A DNA stretch of 64,000 bases, taken from Eledone cirrhosa. Taxonomy: Eukaryota. Both the position numbers and the translations under genes were made by a program. How positions within the stretch are numbered: the first letter of the stretch is position 1; each line of letters opens with the position of its first letter. The DNA lies in the NCBI GenBank assembly GCA_964016885.1, contig OZ024740.1, positions 283,960,001 to 284,024,000 on the forward strand, in the 5' to 3' direction. Shown here in pieces: positions 1 through 14,400 of this stretch. The notes under the pieces are model-generated. The model saw only the letters and a program-made list of their open reading frames with translations. It ran no database searches and had not been told where the DNA came from.

Positions 1-608
1 CAAAGCATAAATGAATTGAGAGAGAGACTGAGCATAAGAGGAATCAAATGCTGTGTGCAGGAGAGGCGGTTGCATTGGTATGGACATGTGATGCGTATGA
101 AGGATGACAGCTGCATAAAAAGGTGCAGAGCACTAGAAGTCGATGGAAACCGCGGAGTGGGGAGACCCAAGAAGACCTGGCATGAGGTGATAAAAGCCGA
201 CATTACCCAATTACACCTCTCAAAGTCGATGACACGACCGTGCCCTCTGGCGACATGCAGTAATACAGAAGACACCGACACCCATGGGTACAAGCCGAAG
301 CTGAAGTATATAGACAATATGCCCTCACACCCTCCCATTGCAAAGTGGTCATGGAGGTGCCACAGCAAAAAAAGCACCCAGCCCACACTGTAAAGTGGAC
401 ATGTAGGCGCCACGGAAAAAAGCACCCAGCACTCACTGTAAATGAGGTTGGTGTTAGGAAGGGCATCCAGCTGTAGAAATCAAGCCAGAATCAGTTCCTG
501 TATGAGCAAGACAAGGTCAGCCAACCGGACACTACTCACAACAGGACAACCCGTTTAACCCATGCTAGCATGGAAGAACGGACGTAAAACGGTGATGATG
601 ATGATGAT
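1..608 (+). mobile_element. RTE-clade LINE 3' fragment (ORF end, 3' UTR, (GAT)n tail)
   Basis: RRLHWYGHVMRM...GRPKKTW motif typical of the RTE ORF C-terminus; 3' UTR shared with many copies in the window; ends in gatgatgat. Confidence 0.85.
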
Positions 609-803
609 TACTCTATATTTACTATTATATTTTTATGGTAAAAGCTTTACTTCACATAGTATCGAATTTAAAAGATTTTTATATTATTTATTTTGAGAAC
701 TGTAACTTAACATCAGTATGGGTGGCCAGTTACAGCCAGTTTGATTAGAAAGAGATGAGAGAATTCTGGCCTGATTCTGCCAGTTTAAATGCTAAAGGGT
801 TAA
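609..803 (-). mobile_element. piggyBac-like MITE, partial copy
   Basis: Ends TAAATGCTAAAGGG-TTAA; reverse-complement homolog of 3446-3647 and 4701-4903. Confidence 0.7.
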
Positions 804-921
804 ATAGAATTTCATTAGAAGTTTATAATCTGAATTTATGTATATATTTCATGATGATGCTGTTAAATTTTAAATGATAATGTTTCTAGTTTTAAATATT
901 AAAATATATATTTATATATAA

Positions 922-1790
922 CCAAAATTAAATTAAGGGTGTCATGTCCGAGAGACGTGCGCCATATCCACTGTAGAATATGCTCAAAGATTCCAATGAA
1001 TAAATCCGAGCATTTTATATCAACTAGAAATTGCTTAACATATATATATATCTAAAATAAACATATGAAACAATCACAGCGAATAATTTGTAAAAAAAAC
1101 TAGCAGCACGTGTTGCATTTTTTAAAAATACACACATCGTACCTAGCTGTGTGTGCTTACACACTTTTACAAATTATTCCCTGTGATTGTTTCATATGTT
1201 TATTTTAGATATATATATATGTCAATCAATTTCTAGTTGATATAAAATGCTCGGATCTATTCATTGGAATCTTAGAGCATATTCAACAGTTGATATGGCG
1301 CATGTCTCTCGGACATGACACCCTTAATTTAATTTTGGATATATATATATGGCCCCTTAATTGTAGAGCTAACTCAGTTGAAAGGACTCGGCTGCTATTT
1401 CTAGTTGTCGATAATCCTATTCACGCCACTGGGATGAAGCTGGTATGATGTGTGTATTTTAAAAAAATGCAACACGTGCTGCTGCTAGTCATTCACAGAT
1501 TTGCATTTGATGTGTAAACACAGATAGTTAAATCTTCTCCCTTGTTGAAAATCCGGGATTTAGCTACTGTGGTTTACCGATCGATTGATGGTGAAATATA
1601 TTTCTTTAATGAAATATATACAAGGAAGATGAATCATTTTAAAAGATATCTATATTTAAAGTTCTAGTTAAACTTTAATTAGTTACCTACTTAGCTGTGT
1701 GTGCTTACACACTTTTACAAATTATTCCCTGTGATAGTTTCATATGTTTATTTTAGATATATATATATGTCAATCAATTTCTAGTTGATA
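922..1790. repeat. Compound inverted/direct repeat element among (TA)n
   Basis: ~173-bp inverted arms 922-1094 / 1164-1338; 1100-1143 is the reverse complement of ~1442-1488; ~1144-1241 recurs directly at ~1692-1790. Confidence 0.85.
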
Positions 1791-1833
1791 TATATATATA
1801 ACATGATTAATCTATATTTTATTTATATTGCAG

Positions 1834-1981
1834 AGGAATTGCTACATCATTTGAAGGCAAACATGGCAGCATCCGATATTGGCTAAAAGCAGAAATGGAC
1901 AAACCTTGGGCTTTCAATCATAAAACCAAAAAAGCATTTACTGTAATATCTCCAATTGATATAAACAAACCTGAATATCAG
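1834..1981 (+). CDS. ARRDC3: ARRDC3-like coding exon (148 nt, end of arrestin-N domain)
   Basis: Acceptor ttgcag|A, donor CAG|gtagat; translates GIATSFEGKHGSIRYWLKAEMDKPW...PIDINKPEYQ. Confidence 0.93.
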
Positions 1982-4900
1982 GTAGATATTTTCAGCTTTG
2001 AAAATTTTAACTTCTCTTAAAATAATAATTGTTATTTTGAAGGTTATATATGAGTAAGTTTCTAGCAGAAAACTAATGCAGTGTTTTATTTATGATTCAA
2101 AGAGGGTTTGCTTTTGATTTTAAATGAATTTCAGTATTTTTATAAAATCCTAAAAATACTTGAAGAGAAAATGTTGGGAAATATATTTTATTGCAAAATA
2201 TTTGCTATTTTCTTATAGTTTACTTATAATTACATTTTTGTAAAAAGTTAATATTGTAACATTATTTTCTCCATTACATCTTAAATATAGTTATGAAAGA
2301 TTAGAATCAGTTACTGATATTTTATGTAGAAACATAAAATAATTAAGTTGGAAATAAAAGAAACAAAATAAGAAATGGTAGTTTATGTAATTTTTGTAGA
2401 CCTTTTTAACCATTAACGTTGCAAACATTCAAATAATTGAAGCACTGCTACTCAAATAGTAAAATAAAGTTCACCACCTAAGGATGATCTATTCTTGGTG
2501 TGTTTTTCACAGAAAAAAAGCCAAACAGCTCCAACTTCAAAACATGGATGTAAAAGCTTCCAGAATTACTGAAGGTACCTCTTTCAAATCCATCAACATT
2601 TTCAATAGAATTATTTCATTCTCAGTTTTTTAGTTAAAATAACCTATCCCTCCCATTTTTTATCTCATAATTTCTTTGTTGCACATATATGAAAAAAATT
2701 ATTTTCAAGAATATAAATTTTCCTCAAATTTAGCATCAATATATTCTATTTATATAATTATGAATTTATTTTTTAAAATTGCATAGTGATTTTATAGTTG
2801 ACAGTATAGACTAAATAATTCAATTTAATTTGATAGAAAGATTTAGAGGTACTGTTTGATATCCCCCTCTTTTTTCAACTTCAGGTTTATTTAAATTTTT
2901 TATACATAAATTCATTTATAAATTGAACACAAATTTTATATTTCATTTTATTATTTCATACTGATCTAATATTTATATGAAGCTTCAAATTCATTAAATG
3001 TTATCCTTTAAAAGGAATACCATCATGTTTACTGCTGAAAAATTGCCCATGTGTATATCCTTCAAAATTATTTACTTATCTTATAAGTGCATTTTGAAAT
3101 TACTTGCATCTTCTATTATAAGTTAATAGTTAATATGTCTTTGATTAAAACTTATTAATTATTTAAAGTATTAAATAGTGGTTATTGCAGAACTCTAATG
3201 GACAGATTTTAAATTAAAATAAGTTAAATCAGAGAAACTATGTATAATTTATGTTCATTTAGCTGAAAAACTCTGCAATCTCTCTACAGAGATCTATCCC
3301 AATTTTTAAAAGTGTGTTACAGTCTCTTATACACAAGAAAGGCAACTCCTCCTTTCTTACCAACTATTAATCCATTGCTCTCACTTCCAACATCTCAATG
3401 GTGTTGGAGACAGTCATTGACAACCACATTCTCTAACATCTTTAACCCTTTAGCATTTAAACCGGCTGTATTTGGCCAGAATTCCCCCACCTCTTTCTGT
3501 TCAAACCGGCCATAACTGGCCACTCATACTTATGTTAAGGTATTGCTCTCAAAATAAATAATATCAAAATCTCATAGATCGATATGTGAGATAAAGCCTT
3601 TATCACAAAAATGCAATAGTAAAAAAAGTAATATAAATGCTAAACAGTTAATTCCTTTCTCTCCTGTAAAGGTGAATCTACTAAAGATTTACTCTCCTCT
3701 GTTATTCATCAACAGCCCCTCCCCCTCAAGAAATTTGGTGGATCTACTGTTATTGGCATGTGACTATCCTAGATAAACTTCAGGTATATGGGCTGAGACA
3801 GCATGTCACCTCATATTCAGAGTGCTACTGAGTGACTCTGCTTCTTCTACCTTTACTACAGTGACCTCTGCTCCTGGAACTTGATTTCATGCCACTGTCA
3901 ATCAGATCCACTCAATGGACTTATCTCTTCTCCTCTTGTCACCGACCTATATTGTGTCCACCCTTTCAGGTCACACCATATCTCTTATGCCAAATATATT
4001 TTTGCATCAGAATGTCCCAGAACTATTTTCCTGCAGCTGCTACCTTGAACTTGAAGTTGCTCAAAAAGAACATCAACCACATCAGTTTCATCCATCTTGG
4101 AGAGCATGCAAAGGTCATGGAGACAGACCCTTCCTCCAGACCAAAGCAATAAAAATAAGTCTAGCCTATTAAAAAAACAACAAAAACAATAATTATACTC
4201 CTCACTATAGAAAATGTCATATGACACTTATTAATCAACCAAATTACTAATGAAATGTTGAATTAATGAATTAGTCTGTGGTCTGGTTCACTCTGAATTG
4301 AGTGCTGTATTCAGTGTACAATTCAACAACAACAAAAACAGTAAAAAGAACATTTATGACAATATATGATAATTGAACATTGTTTTAAATAATGGTAAGA
4401 TAGGAATTTTTTCAACTGTTCATATTTATAAATGTTGTTGTTGCTATTATATACCTGTTCTATTTAAAGTAAACAGTTTCAAATCCTTTGAATTAAACTA
4501 TGTGTATTTTAAGTATTTTGTATTTTCTTTTTTTCTAAATTGTAGATGCATATAATTGATATAACTATTTATAAAAGTACTCCTTTATTAGTGTACTATA
4601 TCTAGCAATGTAGTTTTATAGGTATACTTAACTCTTTCTCTCTCACAAATTTTATTGAAAAGTTTAAGCTTATAAATCCAATATTACTGTACAACGAAAT
4701 TAGCATTTAAACTGGACATATCTGGCCAGAATTCTCTCACCTTTTTCTGTTCAAACTGGCTGTAACCGGCCGCTCATGCAGACATTAAGGTATTGTTCTC
4801 AAAATAAATAATATCAAAATCTTGTAGATTCGATATTATGTGAGGTAAAGCCTTTACCATGAAGATACAATAGTATATATAAAGTAATGTAAATGCTAAA

Positions 4901-7900
4901 GGGTTAAGAAAAACATTTCAAAGTTACCTTCTTTAACACTGTCTTTCCATATCAAGACTAATTTCTTTAAATAAGATAGTCGTCAAAAGCTTGAATTTTA
5001 TGAAATTGGCAATTTCAACAATTTGATCTTATACTTTCTTTAAATTCAACTGTTCACATTTTAAAAATAAATATCTACCTATGAGGAAGACTATCTATCT
5101 TAATAACATTAGTATTTTGCTGTTTTGCAAAGTCTTTTATAGATCCTATCATAAATGGAGCTTCAGTGCCTTGTTAGCATAACATCCATAAATATTTCAA
5201 TGTTTTAAAGTAAGCAGCTAAACTGTCGAAGCCATCTTGACCTCCTATATTGCACAGCATTTCTCTGCAACATAAAGCCTTTACCACAAAAATACAATAG
5301 TAAATATAGAGTAATGTAAATGCTAAAGGGTTAAACATGTTTACATATTTTCATATCCTGATTTTTTTTATGGCCTCTTGATAGATTCATTAATATTGCA
5401 GTTTAACTATTAATGGTAAGACAAATGAAGGACTGTAGAAGCCTAAGAGATCCAAGTAGATTGAAAAACCTTGGTATTATAACTACAATATTCTACAGCA
5501 TTAGTACCACTGCTATGAGATGCGATCTCACTGTATTTCTCTGACAGCCAAGAAATCTTTAATAAGTTTAATTTCCTGATTTTCTTTTCTCTGTATCCCA
5601 GCTAGACTTTACATATTATGGACACTCATTTTTTTTTTCTAATGTTTCCTTTTGATTTTTTTATCTCTGATGTAGGAGTGGCATCAGTGTAGGCTACCTT
5701 AAGCAAGTGGATTGTCTGTTTCTTACTCTGGGTAATAATGCAATAATTGTAGCTTTAGTATGAGTAGCATTAAGGTTTTAACTTTTACCTCATGGTCCAT
5801 GCTCCAGCACAATAGTGTCACAGATATTGTGTCTTGTAGCAATTAAATTCTATTTGATATAATTCAAAAGAGAAAAAAACCATTCTATTAATATGATTAT
5901 CATAATCTAAATTTAACTATTTCAAGGGAAGAAGATGCAAACACTTCTTTAGAAACACTGCTGAACATTTCAAGTTTGACCAATGGATCTTAAAAACGTT
6001 GTAATAACTAATTGATATTCATGATATAAATTAATCATAACTTTTATTATTCAGATTTTGGTTCATGTCATGTCAAATATCTTGAAAATTTTGATTTTAA
6101 ATTGATCCCTTTTTTTTGTTAAAAAAAAAACCTTTAAAATATTGAAAATCTTTTTTCATTCAGATTCAGGTTGAAAATAATATTGAAAAAACCTTATGCT
6201 GCTGGTTATGTCCATCTGGACCTATTTCTATTACTGCACGCACAGATCGAAAAGGTTATTGCCCAGGTCAGTTATTTTCTATCTTTTGGAGTACTTTGCT
6301 TCAACACTTTCTGTTTCTGAAATAATTTATTTTTTTGTAGGCAGTAAAATAGCAAAGCTGTGGTATTTGTTCCAGATCTGTGCTCTCAGTTCAGATTCTT
6401 CCAAGGCCAAGGAGTTGATAAAATAAAGTACCAGTCCATGACAGTGGATTGGCAGAATTCTTAGAGTGTCAGATGAGATGCGTTCCAGCCTTTTGCATTC
6501 TCAGTTCAAATTCTAAAGACTCAATCCTTTAGCAGAATTCACTCAGTTATAAGCATTTGGGCCAGGCCTTTGGTATGAGGATGCCCTTTTCTCTTCCAAC
6601 TGTGTGAGAAACCCTGAAAAACAGAAGCCCTGATTAAACAGTAAAAAAAAAAAAGGGTAAAATAGCTAGTAGTCATATCTGTTGTCAGAGCCTCTGAAAG
6701 TGGTGGAGAGCATGGGAGAAATAATTCACAACTGAGGTGTAGCTACTGTAGGAAGCAGTGCATCAAGATATAAAGTTATGAAGACTTCCTTCATATGCTT
6801 GCAGCCAAGTGGACTCTGCTAAAGGCACTCGTGAGCCAGGTATGGTCTAAAACTGGTCAACAAAATAAGTCTACCACTCAAGAACAGCTAGAGACCATCC
6901 TACTAGTTTCTGCTGTTTCAACATATCTAATTTCACTCAGAAAGCTTGGATCTGAAGTGTCTTTGGACTAATATTACTTGATAGAGTATGTGACTCGGAT
7001 ATGACGGAGTTGCTCGAAATAGAGCTATTACCTCTCCACATCAAAAGATCACAGCTTTAGTATTAGAGATATGTGGTTAAAATGCCTAAAGAAAGAATTG
7101 TTGAGCAGATTTTACATGTAAAGCCAACTGGCAGGACCCAGATATAGACCACCAGAAAGATGGTTGGATAACATCCATAAGCTCAGTTGGTCTTCCTTGG
7201 AGATCCAGCCAGATTATTTGGAGGTGGTTACTTCTGATAGGACCCTTAGAAAGGCATGTGTGAGGACTCTGCTCCCACAGCCATCTCAGAAAGATGGTGA
7301 TGGTAATTGGATCTGCCCAAAGTAATTTTGAAACACTTGCTCAAGGGGCCAAAGAATCAGGTAAATCTGCAACCATATCATCACAAAGTAAACTTTTTAA
7401 CCAGTTATTGATTTAAAAAGAAATACATTCTCATTGGAAAAAACTTAATCAGTGGTAAAATAAAGAAATTGGGATGTTGAAAATGAGTATATTATGTAAT
7501 CAAAAGATATTTGAATAACTAATATACCCTCTAATTATTAATAAAAAAATAATTTGGTAATGAAATTTAAACTCTTGCATCATTAGTACCAGTAATGCAC
7601 TGAGATAATTGCTGGTCTTTTGCCAAAAGTAGAAACAATTATTAGATGTAAGTACAGATATATATTATTATATAACAGTTTTCCACTTTAATATGGAATG
7701 CACTAACCTTTTGTTGACATTCTTCATTACACATTTACACAAAATTTTATACTTTCATGTAGACATAAATAGCTGAGAGGATAGGATATCAAGCTCAAAT
7801 CTGACTGCAGACATTCCATTGTCTCTGCTAAAGCACATAATTCTATGTTGACTTAGTTTTTCTTCTTAACTTTGTCTGGGATTATTAGATGTGATTTTGT

Positions 7901-10900
7901 GGCCAAAGGATAAATCCGAGATGAGTACCATTCTGATACACTATTGTTATTTGTTATACTGCCATCTGTTTCCATTGTATGACACTTCATTATTCTCAAG
8001 GCAAGGAACAAGTTTAAAAACAAAAAGAAAACATTAAATAAAGTAGTCCAAAATTCACACTGTTATATGTCTGCTTCATCAGGTGTGACTTGGAGCTATA
8101 GTACAACTACCTCATTACTTAGTTAGTTTCATTCACATCTTCAGTATTGTCTTTGCAAAGGGAACTTCTTGTATAATGTGCTTCAACTGTTTTACTGTTT
8201 ATATTGTCTATCCAATAAATTATACATATTTCATTCTCTTAGAATTTTATGCTTTCTTAATTCCTTGGCCATATTTTATGGCCATGTTTCATACATCATC
8301 CAATTAAGTTTTTCTATGAGAGTTTTCTAAACTTTAGACATAAATACTACTATCTCTCACCACTGGGAAAATTGGATATATACACGGTCATCTTGGTTTT
8401 TAGAACAGGTACAGCATATCCCTGCATGTCAGGTTATAAGAAGGGACTAAAAGGGTTGGCATTACGAAGGGCATCCAGTTGTGAAACATTGTCTTAAACC
8501 AATTTTGTCCAGCCCATGCCAGATGGGAAAAGTGGATGAAAAAATGATGATGGTGGCATACAATTTTGAGTAAATCATTGCTGCTTGATAGTCAATTTTT
8601 CTAAAAAGAAATCACCATATACTATTATTTTATGCTAATGATTTATGCTAATGAGTTCATACTTAAACATATACTGTTGAGAGTGGATTATGTCGGAATA
8701 ATTTCATTTTTAGCTGCACTGTTTTTAATTAAAATCGTTTCCACTAAATTCTTTTTTTTTTTTTATTGATAAATTGAGAACTAGGCTTTCAAGAGTATAT
8801 TCTCTGGATTACTGTATTAACTCTTTATGGATTTTGTGGGGAGGGGAAAGTTGATTAAATTGAACCTAGTGCATTACTGGTGCTTTATTTTATTGACCTT
8901 ATCAGGATGAAAGTCAAAACTAACCTCAGCAGGATTTGAACTGTGAACGTAAGGCTGTAACTCTGCCGCAAAGCATGTTCAATGCCTTACTGATACTGCC
9001 AATCCATCGCCCAATAATAATAATAATTATAATCATAATACTGCTAATGGCTACCTTTCTGGAAAAAGAGCTTAATACAAACAAGGGAATTGATGGTACA
9101 ATTATCATAAACATCATTACATCTGCTTTTCTATGCTGACATAGGTTAGTTTTTTTTTTCTATTGCTTGATGTCCTTCTTGGCACCAACCCATACTTTAA
9201 TTATAAGTATAGTATATCTGGTGACATTCATTGAAGTTCGAAGCTTCAGGATATATTATTTATGAAGGCCATAACCATTACTGCTTGCTATCAAAAATGT
9301 CACTATGTAAATGCAGAGACTTATGCACATACATGATGGGCTTGCTCACAAATTCCATTTACCAAATTTACTCACAAGACATTAGTTGATTTGAGTCTAT
9401 AATAAAAGATACTTGCGCAAGGTGACATGCAGTGCGATCAAATCAAAAGCCACATTATTGCAAAGTGATCTTTTTAATCTACAGCAGATTTCAAAACTGC
9501 ATTCTTGTAGAGGAAAATGTTGAAATTACAAAAATATTAAGAAGTCAGCAATGGTTTTCGAAATTTCTGAAATGCATGGAAAACATACAAAACATGATTC
9601 CCCACCCCAAAAAGCAAAAAATTTTTACTAAGTGAGACGACAAAAATCCCCAAGCCCTCCATATAAGGTTGTTATGTTAATGACACAACAAAAAGCACCT
9701 AGCCCACCCTGTGTGGTAGTCATGCTGGTGACACAATGAAAAAAGTACCCAGTCCAACCTGTCAGTTGATCATTTTGGTACCAAAATAAAAAGCATCTAG
9801 TTCACACTGTAAATGTAGTTGGCTTTAGGAAGAACATTCAGCTGTAGAAACCTCACCAGAAACAGTTCACCTGATCTGACGTGTTGCATAATTGGACAAC
9901 TCATCTAACCCATGTTAGTGTGGTAAATGGAAGTTAAATGGTGATATGATATATATTTATTTATTTATTTACATATATGTACAGCTATTTCACAACTTGT
10001 CACCAGATTCTCTACATACTAACTGGTTGTAAGTCAATATGGGTGAAACTTGAAAATCTATATGTGTGACCCATGTCTCACTACCATGCAGCATCACACA
10101 TCTCACACAGGCATCATATAACCGTCCTTTCGTATGCAGGGAGAAACCCTTCTTTGTCAACAGAGGGAGCAGCTCCCTAAACTTCTTCCAACCCGTCCTT
10201 ATTCTAGATACTATGGCCTCGGAACATCCCCCCCACCCTCATGCTAATCTGATCACCTAGGTACCGGAAGCTATCAGCCACTTCTATAGAACCCACCTGC
10301 ATTGGAAAAATGAGTCTATCACATCGATTACTACTGCCAACTTTCCCTGTACATCTACTACATACGTAGTTTTCCCTACCTGTTAGTTTGCCTGCTATCC
10401 TACTACATCTCTTGTGTACCCAAGATCTGCATTGCATACATTTTATGGAATTTATGCCAATTCCTTTCCTACATATCGAACATGGCCATTTCCCTGATGG
10501 AATCAGAGTATTGTCCTCTCTTCTACTTATCAACGCCTTTGTTTTAGCTATGTTCACTCTCAGGCCTCTTGATTCCAACTGCTGTTTCCATAGCCAGAAT
10601 TTATTCTCTAGCTCCTTTACTGATTCTGCTATAAGAACCAGATCATCAGCATAAAGAAGTTCCCATGGGCATCCAGTCTTAAACTCCTCCGTTATGACTT
10701 GGAGGACTATAATGAACAAGAGTGGGCTGAGGACAGAACCTTGATATACACCTACTTGTACCTGGAATTCCTCACTAAACTCCATTCCTATTCTCACTTT
10801 ACTGACAGCATCCCTGTACATAGCTTGCACTATATATATATATCGAGAGAGAGATATTATATAGAAGAGAGGCAGTTTTACTTGAATAATATATATATAA

Positions 10901-11467
10901 ATGAGCACAGGCTGAAACACACTTACAGTATGCACCACCTTCACATCCACTCACTTCCATTTACCTCCCATATCCTAACATTCCGCCCCTCACACATGCC
11001 CAAATCTCCACACACCTCCCCAGCAAAGTCTCCAGCCAACACTGTAAATGTGGTTGGCGTTAGGAAGGTCATCCAGCTGTAGAAACCAAGCCAAGAGCTG
11101 TTCTGTATGAGCAAGGCATGGTCACTTGACCTGGCATTTCTCACAACAGGACAACTCATCTAACCCATGCTGGTGAGGAAAAATGGACGTTAAACGGTGA
11201 TGATGATGATATATGTATCATCATCATTTAACGTCCATCTTCCATGCTAGCATGGGTTGGACTGCTTTGTCCCACTTGAGGCAAGATTGGTCGGGAGACC
11301 ATGTCTCACCCATACAGAACTGTTTCTGGCAGGTTTTCTACAGCTGGATGCCCTTCTTAACACCAACCACATTTACAGTGTGGACTGGGAGCCTTTTTAC
11401 CGTGTCTCCTACGCGACCACTTTGCAGTGTGGACTGGGTGCTTTTTGTCATGTCACCTACATGACCA

Positions 11468-11499
<32 letters not shown>

Positions 11500-14400
11500 C
11501 TAGTAGTGGTACCCAGCGTTGCACGGGATAAGGTATTTTGGAACGCAGGCTGCCAACAGACCTAATCGTGGAAAAACTGCATGTGTGGACAATATGTAAA
11601 GAAAATAAACCGGATACTCTGATGGCTGGATAATCTTTAAGATTTTCCTCGATGAAGCAGGAAAAATGCAGGTTTTCACCTAATGCGGGCCCTAGGGGAT
11701 CAAGAAAATGAATTTTTTTAATGTGCATAATATGCCTTGAAATTTCGGGAAAATCGGCTAGACATAATGCCTAAAAAAAGCCCTAAAAAGCTGAAAAAAT
11801 TAAGTTTTTCACCTAATGCAGGCCCTAGACCATAAAAAAGTTGGATTTTCTTTGCTCACGGTATGAAGAAGAGACTGACTAATACATAGTTACAATTTCA
11901 AGGAAATCAGTCTGACGTAACGACTCAAAAAACCCCTAAAAACCTGAAAAAACGCAGTTTTTCAGCTGATGTTGGCCCTAGGGGATCAAAAAGTTGAATT
12001 TTATGTGCATAACACTCCCTGAAACATAAGTAATACACATGTAAAGTTTGAAAAAAGTCGGTTGGGTACTTCTCGAGTTTTAGGGATTCAAACTCACAGA
12101 CACACACACACATAGACAGACATCCTCAAGGACGTGACGTAATGCAGACAGCCAGACATACAGACAGATATTATAAGGGCATGACGTTATATGTATGTAT
12201 CTATCTAAAAAGAGAAAGACTAAGAATTATAGAGAGAGATCCCTAAATCGCCTAATGCGGTCCCTAGGGCATTGAAAATTTGAAATTTTTTTTACTCAGA
12301 ACACTCCCTGAAACAAGTATTATATGTGTAAAGTTTGAAATGAGTCGGTTGGGTGGTTCTCGAGTTTTAGGGATTCAAACTCACACACACACAGACAGAC
12401 ATCCTCAGTTTCATATATATATATAGTCAAGCTTAAGTTGTTTCATATATATATATAGTCAAGCTTAAGTTGTTTCATAGCTATAGCTAAATGAGAATTT
12501 AATTAAATGCTTTGTGTTAATTCCATCTACTTCCATCTCCTTGGAGACGTAGAAGAGAAAGTGACAATATAACCAAAATAAAAGTAAAAATATAAAAATC
12601 AAAACAAGAATAAAATGGTATTTACAACATTCAGTGGCCAATAAATGCTAGACAGTCATATAGCCAGTGTAGTATAAAGTTATTTTGTGGAAGCAGGGTT
12701 AAAGAGTGTAAAAAATGTGTTGCGGGATTGAAACAGGTAATTAAGTTTTAAAACTTATGTATTATCTGCAAACTATATGTTATCTGCAAAGAAATGTTTT
12801 AAGGATGGATTTAACCATCGATTTTAATTTTTTTTATTATTCTTAGTTTTTGGTTTAATCTTTCTAGGAGAATCTATTGCCATATCAGCTGAATTTGATA
12901 ATTGGTCATCCAGAACTGTTACACCCTATGCTTCCTTGCATCAAACACAAGCATTCTTTGCAAATGGAAAGTCTCGAGTACGCCGAACCAAATTTACTGT
13001 TCTCACAGGTATGTTTTTTACAGAATATATGTCATTTCATATTTTCTTATGTGATGATTCAAGGGAATTTTGAAAGCAAGTTCTGATGTTGTTGATTTTT
13101 AAAAATTAACTGGAAATAATAGATGGAAATGGTATGTTGCAAAGAGCTACAAAACGAGTGAGAGGGAGAGAGAGATGCTGGAAAAAACTCTCTTAATCTG
13201 TTGATTTATCTATTCTCTCAGCCAGTATAAAAAAAATGAAGATATTTGAAACTGTGTCAGACTTTTGTAATAAGGGATGAAAAAAGTATGTTTTTGTTGT
13301 TCAGATCCAGGTCTGTCTGCATTGGGCTGATATATGATCAAATGTTTTCCATTTGTGACCATCTAGTCTTATCTTCAAATATAGTATATCTGAGACTACA
13401 TTACCCAATGTACCCTGCCTCGTTTTGGGCATTAGGTGATTTAAGGGAGGTTTGGTTGCTATAACCGGTAAGTTGAATGAGCACTCTTTATTCAGTTTGA
13501 AGTCTGCTGTTGTACCTACTGGTCAGATTAGATTGTGATACCAAATCCTCCTAGAAACATAATCTTTGTCTGCCAAATTGAAAATAGATACCAATTCAAT
13601 TTCTCCATATTGAGAACATCAAAATATAGGATCGATGTATCATCATCATCGTTTAACGTCCATCTTCCACGCTAGCATGGGTTAGACGGGTTTGTCCCAT
13701 TTAGAGGAAAGTTGGGTCAGGTGACCATGTCTTGCTCATATAGGACTCTTTCTGGCTGGTTTTCTACAGCTAGATGCCCTTCCTAGTGCCAACCACATTT
13801 ACAGTGTGTGCTGGGTGCTTTTTGCCATGTATTTTACACTACCACTTTTCAGTGTGGGCTGGGTGCTTTTTGTTATGACACCTACACAACCACTTTACAG
13901 TGTTGGATGTTTTGTCGTACCAACCTAACATGCACACACACACACATATCATGATAATGGTATATATATATATTTGTGTGTATATACATATATCATCATC
14001 ACCTCCGTCTTACATCTATTTTCCACACTAGCATGGGTTAGATGGGTTGCCCTGTTGTAGGCAATGCTAGATCAGGTGACTATGTCTAGCTCATACAGGA
14101 CTGATTCTGATGTATGTTAAACAGTAATTAATGCAAGTATCTATATTTGTAGAAGAATTTTGTTTGATATATTGTATTACAAGGAATTTTCACCAGAGAT
14201 AAAATGTGTGGCTACATGTATGTACAAGGTGGAATGGCTGTTCCACCTTGGGAACAGTCACCTTATGGCAATGTCTTCCCTATCCTACTGGCCTAGACCA
14301 AGAGGCAGATGACATAATAGAGAACATGACTTCAACTAAATAGATTGGTTCATGCTGTCCTTGTTTTTCACCTTTTTTCATTTTTGCCTCCCTCTCTTTC

